Below, one piece after another: positions 57,102-64,000 of a DNA stretch of 64,000 bases (positions are counted from its first letter, which is position 1; each line of letters opens with the position of its first letter). Made by a program: the position numbers and the translations under genes. The stretch lies in assembly GCA_003193925.1 (NCBI GenBank), contig PSPG01000008.1, forward strand, positions 1 through 64,000, in the 5' to 3' direction. The notes beneath the pieces were generated by a model. It saw nothing but the letters and a program-made list of their open reading frames with translations, was not told the origin of the DNA and searched no databases. Origin of the DNA: Candidatus Thalassarchaeum betae. Its GTDB lineage: Archaea > Thermoplasmatota > Poseidoniia > Poseidoniales > Thalassarchaeaceae.

Positions 57102-60100
57102 ATGAGTGACGAAGCCCCGGATGACAGAATCATCCGAGAGCGGGAGTTTCGCAGGAAGGTGAACATCGATTTGAGCGATGTAGTCGTTCCTGAGAGAAGC
57201 GGGGACGAGGAGGAGCGACGAGAGCAGCTCGCCTCCGCGGTCGACGAGGCTCTGGGCAGCGTGTTCGACCCGTTCGAGCAGCCGAGTGGCGACGAGGCGG
57301 GCGCGGTACAGGAGGACGGGAGTGTTCCTCTCGCGCCCGAGCGAGACATAGTGACCGAGGTCGCCGTCGAGGGCGAGCGTCGCGTCAACTGGATGCTCAT
57401 GGTGTCGATGATAATCGTCTACAGCGCAATTGGGATTCAGGCCGGCCTCGCGCTGTCACCCCTCCTAGCGACGGCCGTGCTGCTCATCCTCGCTGGAATC
57501 GGTTTCGCTCTCGGCGAGCGCTGGGTTCCCGAGCCGAATATGACCCTGCTGGGCGTCACCTGGGTCATCATCTCGATGAAGGTCCTGTATGGGCTCGCAA
57601 TCGAACTCAATCGATGGGGCTTCATCGAAATCGAGGCTCTGGGGGCATTGCTGCTATTCTTGGTGGCGATGAATGTCGTCGTCGCTTACAGGCATGACCA
57701 CGATGCCATCGCCGCACAGTCCACGCTGGTCCTGCTCGCCATCGGCTCGACTGCCGGCTCGGTCCTAGGCGAGATTGGCGTCGCGGCGATGATCCTCATT
57801 GCCACCCTGCTAGTGCACGGTCTGGCTCTCCACCGCCAGTCCGGAAACTTGGCTGCTCTCGGTGTCGCCGCGTCCAACCTCTGGATAGGCATGCACGCCA
57901 TCACCGGCGGCTTTGAGATAGGTACCCTGAGGATTCTGCCTCTGGACAGTCCGCTGCTGCTCTTCCTCCTGCTGATGACGATCACCGCAATCAACGCCAC
58001 TATGGCCGCGCGCTTTGCGCGCGAGGACAACTGGTTCTCCAAGGGCTGCAAAGCACTGGGACTGGGCGAGCCGGGGCTCTGGGGTGTCTCAATCGCCCTC
58101 GGCATGGTGGGCGCCCTGCTGGCCGTTGCCGCCAGTCGCGAGGAGGTGGGTTACGCGCTTGGGATGGTGACCTTCCTCGGAGCGGCCTTCGGTGGCTCGT
58201 ATCTCTCTGTCAGGGGAGTCGCGTCGAAGCGCGTCGCTACCCCTCTGCTCGGCGTGACGCCGATTCTGGTCCTCATCCTGATTGCCGGGAGCAGGGTGGA
58301 TGCCGCTCTGCCTCTGGACTCGTACGAGCTGTTCACGGTACTGGGGTTCATAGTCACAGGCTTCGTGATGCTGAGGGACCAGGAGAGGGTCACAGACAGG
58401 GCGCTGTGGCTTGGCTCGATGGTCATCCTGATGCTGCTGGTACTGCTGGTGCCCACTGAGGCATCGGACTCCGGAGGCGACGGGGGGGTCGTGCTGCTGG
58501 TCCTGCTCGGCGCCCTCCACATCGGCACCGCCGTGCTCGCGATCAAGAGAGGGTCTCCCTCGCTCGCTGGCGTCACCGTGTTACTGCCTTGGAGCTGGGT
58601 GCTCATCGAGGAGATCGTTCAGGAGACGGTCAGGACGCTCCTCGTCGCCAACGACGTCACCGACCCGGGTAGCCTCATCGACCTCGATCCCGAGCCTCTG
58701 GGGGTCTATCTGGCGCTGAGTTCGATACTCCTAGTGGTAGTGAACGTCAGGCTAGGCGGGACCGGAGTCAACCTCGCTGCGCGCTTTCTAGGGGTCACGG
58801 AAATCTCAGCATCCATCCGTGACTCTGGGGCCCTGCAGCTCTGGTCGATGGGATGGTGGCTGCCTCTGTTCACGATGATATTCATGGCTCATTTCGGCGG
58901 TTTCACCGTCGCCACGCTGCTCTTGGTACTCGTCTTGCTCACGGCTCTGCACTTCGGAGCCGAAATCGCCGACAAGAGAATTGGCGGCGCTGGCAACATG
59001 GTCACGATACTTGCTGTGGCAGTAGTGGTCATGCAGTGGCGTCACGGGCTCTTCGTGCCGCTGTCCGCCCTGCTCTGCGTCTCGATTGTCGCCCTATTGC
59101 TCACTCGCGCGCCCAGCAATGAGAAACTGTACACCAGCGGGATGTCGATGATGAGCCTGCCACTATTGCTGGCGCTTTCCGGCAGAGAGGCTTCGATGCT
59201 GCTGGAGTCAACCGTCTCACTGCCGGATATCGATACGAGTCTGGTAGCCGTGCTATGCACCGCGGCTGTGCTGGGTGTTTACCTGCCTCGCGCGGGTAGC
59301 ATAGAGAAACTGCTCAATCCCGCCCTCGCAGCGCTGTGGCTTCTGGTGATCACCATCGCGCTGTCATTCGACCAGGGGGATCAAACCACCAAGGTCGCCT
59401 CCATAGCGATGTTTGTGGTCAGCTCGCTGTGGCTCGTTGCACGCGGCGAGCTGAGGGCCGAACTCAGGTCGGTGGCCATGCGGGACTCCAGAATCGAGAT
59501 GGCCGCTAAGGCCGCTGGTGAGGAGGCGATGCTCGAGGGAAGTGGGGCAGTCTCGATGTACGACGCCCGGAGGGCCGCTCTGGAAGCCGAGCGTCGCAAG
59601 AGGCGGGACAAGTCGGACACCGACGACCTCGAGGAGCTCTACACCACCGATGTCAGCCACAAGCCCGTCGTCGTGACGGCGGTGCTCTCGCTGATACTTG
59701 GTGCAGGAATCATACTGGGTTTGCTCAACGGGTCGAACCCGCTGATGCTGGTCGCAATCGGCGTCTTCGCCACCGCTCTCATCGCATTGGCCCGACACCG
59801 CTCGAAGAGCCTGGATCTTGAACTGCCTCACATCATGGGCATGGAGATGCCCATAGCCATGGCAATCAGTGGGCTGGTGGCCGCCCATGTGGCATCACAC
59901 CTCGGTCCGGGAAGCAGCAACCAGCAGCTTCTGGACATGGCTGTGGTCACGATGCTGCTGCTCGAGTTGGTGGCGATATCCCTGATGGGGCAGGACAAAC
60001 TGCTGGACAGGATACCCATAGCGCTCGACTGGATTGTGCTCCCTCTGCTCGCCGGCAGGATGCTGGGTGCGATTGCAGTCGAGGCTCTGCCCTACCCACT

Positions 60101-60833
60101 CACGATCGATCCGTTCGAGGGCGAGATGCTCGAATGGAAGATGCCGTGGATCCTGCTTGAGTCGGTCCTGGTCCTGTGCGTGCTCACCGACGCATGGATA
60201 GACCGCAAGAGACGGGCTGCCGGGCGAGGGGACTGGAAGAACTCCTCCGGCCGGGGTGCTCGCAGCTTGGTCATCGTGTTGCTCTCGTTCGGTCCCGCAG
60301 GCATCCTAGCGGTAGCCAGCGTCATCGAGCAGGGCTGGAGGTACAGGCAGCCGAGCGCGGTCGGTATCGCCATCCCCGCTGGCCTGATGGCGCTATTCGC
60401 CGTCGGTAACTGGTGCGAACCGGTCATGGACGTGGTCCCGGAGATCACCATGGCCACGGGTCTGCTGCTTCTGGTGCTGTGTGCCTTGACCGTCCCTCTC
60501 AAGGGCGGCGATTGGACGATGATGCTGGCGTTCAACTCGCATCTGCTCATCATAGTCATCGCCGTCGCGCATCACGCCACCTCGGTTCTGCTTCCGGTGC
60601 TGCTCGTCGCACTCTCCTCGACGGTCTGGATAGTGGGCATACTGCAGTTGCGACGTACCCTGCGGATCTGGGGCTTGGCCGACCTGCTGGTCGCCATCAT
60701 AGGTGCGCTGATATTCGTCGATGGCATATTCGAGCCGACCACGATGCTGATTGCCCTGATGGTGGTCGCTGCGGAGCTCGGCGTTGTCTCCTGGCTCGGT
60801 CTGCGCAACGAAGAGCAGTTGGTTAAGGACTGA
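57102..60833 (+). CDS. Very large polytopic membrane protein of unknown function
   Basis: ~1240 aa, acidic N-terminus followed by an estimated ~30 hydrophobic helices and one central charged loop. Confidence 0.8.
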   Translation: MSDEAPDDRIIREREFRRKVNIDLSDVVVPERSGDEEERREQLASAVDEALGSVFDPFEQPSGDEAGAVQEDGSVPLAPERDIVTEVAVEGERRVNWMLMVSMIIVYSAIGIQAGLALSPLLATAVLLILAGIGFALGERWVPEPNMTLLGVTWVIISMKVLYGLAIELNRWGFIEIEALGALLLFLVAMNVVVAYRHDHDAIAAQSTLVLLAIGSTAGSVLGEIGVAAMILIATLLVHGLALHRQSGNLAALGVAASNLWIGMHAITGGFEIGTLRILPLDSPLLLFLLLMTITAINATMAARFAREDNWFSKGCKALGLGEPGLWGVSIALGMVGALLAVAASREEVGYALGMVTFLGAAFGGSYLSVRGVASKRVATPLLGVTPILVLILIAGSRVDAALPLDSYELFTVLGFIVTGFVMLRDQERVTDRALWLGSMVILMLLVLLVPTEASDSGGDGGVVLLVLLGALHIGTAVLAIKRGSPSLAGVTVLLPWSWVLIEEIVQETVRTLLVANDVTDPGSLIDLDPEPLGVYLALSSILLVVVNVRLGGTGVNLAARFLGVTEISASIRDSGALQLWSMGWWLPLFTMIFMAHFGGFTVATLLLVLVLLTALHFGAEIADKRIGGAGNMVTILAVAVVVMQWRHGLFVPLSALLCVSIVALLLTRAPSNEKLYTSGMSMMSLPLLLALSGREASMLLESTVSLPDIDTSLVAVLCTAAVLGVYLPRAGSIEKLLNPALAALWLLVITIALSFDQGDQTTKVASIAMFVVSSLWLVARGELRAELRSVAMRDSRIEMAAKAAGEEAMLEGSGAVSMYDARRAALEAERRKRRDKSDTDDLEELYTTDVSHKPVVVTAVLSLILGAGIILGLLNGSNPLMLVAIGVFATALIALARHRSKSLDLELPHIMGMEMPIAMAISGLVAAHVASHLGPGSSNQQLLDMAVVTMLLLELVAISLMGQDKLLDRIPIALDWIVLPLLAGRMLGAIAVEALPYPLTIDPFEGEMLEWKMPWILLESVLVLCVLTDAWIDRKRRAAGRGDWKNSSGRGARSLVIVLLSFGPAGILAVASVIEQGWRYRQPSAVGIAIPAGLMALFAVGNWCEPVMDVVPEITMATGLLLLVLCALTVPLKGGDWTMMLAFNSHLLIIVIAVAHHATSVLLPVLLVALSSTVWIVGILQLRRTLRIWGLADLLVAIIGALIFVDGIFEPTTMLIALMVVAAELGVVSWLGLRNEEQLVKD

Positions 60834-60940
60834 GTATTGTCATAGAAGGTCACTACGAGCCTGTCGCGGACCCGGATAATCGAGCGAGCACAATCCCCGA
60901 ACGGGCCAACGTTGATGACAGACGGTACCGACAAGCAATC

Positions 60941-61891
60941 GTGACAAGGTCGTGGATATCGGACACGCCCGACGAGGTCGAGCACCCGCCCGTGCCGCTG
61001 GGGCTCAACGAGATGACTGTGCCCCGGGCTGCCATACTGCTGTCGCTGGGCACCGCCCTAGTGCTGTTGCTCTCCACAATCTGGCTTGGCTGGGCCGCTT
61101 GGCACTTCAACGCCAATCTGGAGGCGTCCTTCGGCCCAGCCACTGAAGCCCCATCCATAGACGGCCGCTGGACTTGGGAGGTCGACCTGCTGTTCGACAC
61201 CTGCTCGCCCCGCGAGGACGACTGGACTTGGCCGGACAACCTCGCCGAGCAGGACGGTGTCTTCCTGTATCCGGGCGAGCTCCGCTGCGACTGGGAGCAC
61301 CAGGGTGACGGCGACCGTGCAAGCGTGGTGATCTACAATCGTGGCAACGAGTCGCTCAATCTGGTGCTGGAGATCCAAGGCGGGGATGTGATCTTCTCAG
61401 CGACCGACGAGACCGGTGACGTACTGAATCTGGAGGGCAGCGAGAGCAGGATCGTGGAGATCGAGCTTCTGGACGACGTGTCCGAGAGCGACATCACAAT
61501 CTCAGTCAGCCATCTCACGGTGGTGGACGCGGAGGTTCTCCTAGACGTGCAGATATTCAAGGGTACAGAGGAGCGAGATATCCACATCAATGACAACGAC
61601 AGGATCGAGGTCCATTACATCGTCTGGAACGCCGACACCGAAGAGAAGCTGGACGAGGGGGACTTACTCGTCACAGCAGGCGACGACCCTGCCTACATCT
61701 ACGGGTTCGGATGGTCGGCGATAGGCTTGGACATCAACAACGACAGGGGCCTCATTCCAGGCATTGACACCGGTACTGCCCATACCACCCTACTGCCTCC
61801 TCCCATCGCCTACGGTAACAGTGACGGCCACGAATTACAGGATGCTTGGCTGCGTTTCGAGCTGAAGGTCGTCAGGGCCCCGATTTCCTAG
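60941..61891 (+). CDS. Membrane-anchored protein with C-terminal FKBP-like domain
   Basis: N-terminal TM helix; C-terminal DRIEVHY...IYGF...IGL...LPPPIAYG...LRFELKV resembles an FKBP fold. Confidence 0.62.
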   Translation: MTRSWISDTPDEVEHPPVPLGLNEMTVPRAAILLSLGTALVLLLSTIWLGWAAWHFNANLEASFGPATEAPSIDGRWTWEVDLLFDTCSPREDDWTWPDNLAEQDGVFLYPGELRCDWEHQGDGDRASVVIYNRGNESLNLVLEIQGGDVIFSATDETGDVLNLEGSESRIVEIELLDDVSESDITISVSHLTVVDAEVLLDVQIFKGTEERDIHINDNDRIEVHYIVWNADTEEKLDEGDLLVTAGDDPAYIYGFGWSAIGLDINNDRGLIPGIDTGTAHTTLLPPPIAYGNSDGHELQDAWLRFELKVVRAPIS

Positions 61892-61917
61892 GGAACTCGC
61901 GAAAGTGACTTGACCAT

Positions 61918-63237
61918 GTGCTCGGAGGCAGTGACGTGGGAGAAGGGAGTCGGCACACTGCTCTGAACCCCTCCGCGCAGATCGCGAAGGAGGCCCGGAA
62001 GCGCGTCAGGGCCGAGCCGGCGCGCAAGGGAGAGCCATCATTCCACATGACTGAGGAAATGCGCAGGCTCTCCACTCCGTGGTACGTGGCGCTCGCCCGC
62101 GCCCGGCGGATCGATTCCTCGGTTCTGCCGGCCGGCGTAATCCTAGACGCTGCGGCCGGATCCGGCCTGCAGTTGGTCGCTTACTCGCGCGAGCTCAAAC
62201 GGCCTGCTCTCGGGGTCGAGATGGACGGTAACATAGCGGTCCTGTGCGCGGCTAACATGCACATCAACTCGGACGAGGGCGACCTCCAGCGCTCGATGGA
62301 TCGTGTCATCATAGGTGACGGGTCGGATGCTGAGGGTGCCATCACGGAGTACTGGAACAGCCTCCGCGAGGCTGGAACCCGGGCGCATCCACCGATTGCG
62401 ATGCTCCACCTCGACCCCGCGCGCCCGCCCGATGCCCAAGCCCATGATGTGGACGAGATGCAGCCTGCCATCGGACCCGTGCTGAGCTCATGGGGCAAAC
62501 ACTTGCAGAGCGGCCCGAGAGGACCGGCGGTGCTGCTCGATCTGTCACCGCGCCTCGGGGAGGAGCAGCAGGGCATAATCGATGCCATCGTCGAGGTCAC
62601 TTTCCCCGGAGTTAGTCGTACTTGGGAATGGCTCAGCCAAGGAGGAGGGAGAGTCGACCGGCTCTCGCTGTGGGTCGGGTCCCTGTCCTCAAAGAAGAGT
62701 CGTCGCTGCGTCAGGATGGGTACGAAGAACGTGCTCGCCACGATAGAGGGTGCTCCCGCGGGGTCCGAGGTAGTACAGATGAACACTCCCCCGCCCTTCG
62801 GCGCTTGGATGACTATCGTCGATCCGGCCCTCGTTCACAGTGGTCTGCAGGAGGCCTGGCTGAAGCGCGCCCTGCGAGAGGGCGGCGGCCACTCATGGCT
62901 ACGACTCGAGGGGCGACGCCCACTACTGATTCACACCGACCCCCTCAACGGCTCGGATGACGTCGGTGGATTCGTCGTTGCGAGCGGTGAGATAGTGCAG
63001 CACAGGCTCAGGCCGCCCGAGCTCCACACCATCGATCAGACCGCTGCCTCTGCGGCGAGAAACGGCATCGGCAAGGTCACTCTGCGCTGCAGCTTGGATC
63101 CTGACATCCATCCGACGCTGCAACGCAGGCTGGACAGGGAGCTGAAGGAAGTCGACGGCGCGAGGGGGTTCATGGTCGACATCGATCTCGAGCGCGGCTC
63201 CGGAAGCCACAAGCTGTACGTAGTCTGTAAGGGATAA
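61918..63237 (+). CDS. Class I SAM-dependent methyltransferase with THUMP-like C-terminal region
   Basis: STPWYVA..RA, LDAAAGSG, LHLDPAR, LSP, DPALV.SGL pattern. Confidence 0.75.
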   Translation: MLGGSDVGEGSRHTALNPSAQIAKEARKRVRAEPARKGEPSFHMTEEMRRLSTPWYVALARARRIDSSVLPAGVILDAAAGSGLQLVAYSRELKRPALGVEMDGNIAVLCAANMHINSDEGDLQRSMDRVIIGDGSDAEGAITEYWNSLREAGTRAHPPIAMLHLDPARPPDAQAHDVDEMQPAIGPVLSSWGKHLQSGPRGPAVLLDLSPRLGEEQQGIIDAIVEVTFPGVSRTWEWLSQGGGRVDRLSLWVGSLSSKKSRRCVRMGTKNVLATIEGAPAGSEVVQMNTPPPFGAWMTIVDPALVHSGLQEAWLKRALREGGGHSWLRLEGRRPLLIHTDPLNGSDDVGGFVVASGEIVQHRLRPPELHTIDQTAASAARNGIGKVTLRCSLDPDIHPTLQRRLDRELKEVDGARGFMVDIDLERGSGSHKLYVVCKG

Positions 63238-63277
63238 TCCCGGCGCTTCCGGGCGCCCCGTAGGGGCGTCCAATCGG

Positions 63278-63304
63278 TTCAAATAGGGAAGGCAGGTCGC
63301 CGAG
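63278..63304 (+). promoter_or_regulatory. TATA box TTCAAATA plus downstream GGTCG element of the rps13 operon
   Basis: Same box and spacing as seen upstream of tuf and rps8e. Confidence 0.6.
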
Positions 63305-63352
63305 ATGCCCAATGGGCCACCGGGTAACCGGTGAACACGGGGGAACCGTACA

Positions 63353-63814
63353 ATGCCGAAAGAAGCGGAACTTGGAGATGACTTCTCCTACATTCTCCGT
63401 ATGGCTAACAGTGACATCGACGGGCTGAGGCCAATCACCATCGGCCTAACATCCATCAAGGGCGTGGGAATGCGCACTTCCCAGCAGATCTGTCGCTTGG
63501 CTGGAATCGATGGGAAGACGCTGGGCGGTCATCTCTCCGACGATGAGCAGGACAACCTGCGAAGTGCGATCGACGACTACGCCACCACCGTGCCGTGGTG
63601 GCTCGTCAATCGGCAGCGTGACCTTGGAACCAACGAGGATGCTCACATCGTCGCGATGGAGGTCAAGATGACCCGCGACGACGACATATCCCGAATGGCC
63701 GGGATCAAGGCCTACAGGGGAATGAGGCACAGGAGCGGCCACAAGGTCCGCGGACAGCGCCTCAGATCGAATGGTCGCAAGGGATCATCACTCGGTGTCG
63801 AGAGGAAGAAGTGA
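63353..63814 (+). CDS. rps13: 30S ribosomal protein S13 (uS13)
   Basis: LTSIKGVG, PWWLVNRQRD, YRGMRH..GHKVRGQR.RSNGR. Confidence 0.97.
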   Translation: MPKEAELGDDFSYILRMANSDIDGLRPITIGLTSIKGVGMRTSQQICRLAGIDGKTLGGHLSDDEQDNLRSAIDDYATTVPWWLVNRQRDLGTNEDAHIVAMEVKMTRDDDISRMAGIKAYRGMRHRSGHKVRGQRLRSNGRKGSSLGVERKK

Positions 63815-63825
63815 GGTGCTGAAGC

Positions 63826-64000
63826 ATGGGACACCCTAAGTTCGCCAGACCAAAGACCCGCGCTCCGACTCATCCTTGGAAACAGGCTCGCATCGACGAG
63901 GAGCACGCCCTGAAGGACAAGTACGGGCTGAAGAAGGTCGGTGGCATGAAGGAGATCTGGCGAGAGAAGTCAGCTCTCCGCCGACACAGGAACCAAGCGA
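63826..64000 (+). CDS. rps4: 30S ribosomal protein S4 (uS4), partial
   Basis: Manual translation MGHPKFARPKTRAPTHPWKQARIDEEHALKDKYGLKK...EIWR; GAGGTG RBS; follows rps13. Confidence 0.93.
   Translation, partial: MGHPKFARPKTRAPTHPWKQARIDEEHALKDKYGLKKVGGMKEIWREKSALRRHRNQA

Overview
High-GC (roughly 60-65% in most genes), gene-dense archaeal chromosome segment. Archaeal markers are EF-1alpha-rpS10, rpS8e, SRP19, Sec61beta, FEN1 and PolB with C-terminal PIP boxes, GINS, XerA, rpS13/S4 and a PGF-CTERM protein. They are mixed with bacterial-type metabolic genes (thrH, maeB, pckA, ribD, pepC, aa3-type oxidase) and very large secreted or membrane proteins. This combination suggests Marine Group II Euryarchaeota (Ca. 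Poseidoniales), which is an inference. Three tRNAs were found (Leu-CAA, Ser-TGA, Arg-TCG); no CRISPR array, rRNA or transposase was seen. The main candidate novel system (17658-21822) is a co-oriented cluster of a SAP-domain membrane-anchored protein, a bacterial Soj-type ParA, and an EamA/DMT membrane protein. The EamA protein begins with the ParB-type ParA-activating peptide (MPKRGLGRGL), no parB gene is present in the window, and xerA lies close by. Other highlights: a ~140-nt highly structured intergenic element abutting xerA, a structured leader with twin covarying hairpins upstream of a (GQ)41/Ca-binding secreted protein, a CxCH-domain fusion on oxidase subunit I, an iodotyrosine deiodinase homologue, a low-GC tract inside polB, and a promoter motif shared by translation genes.
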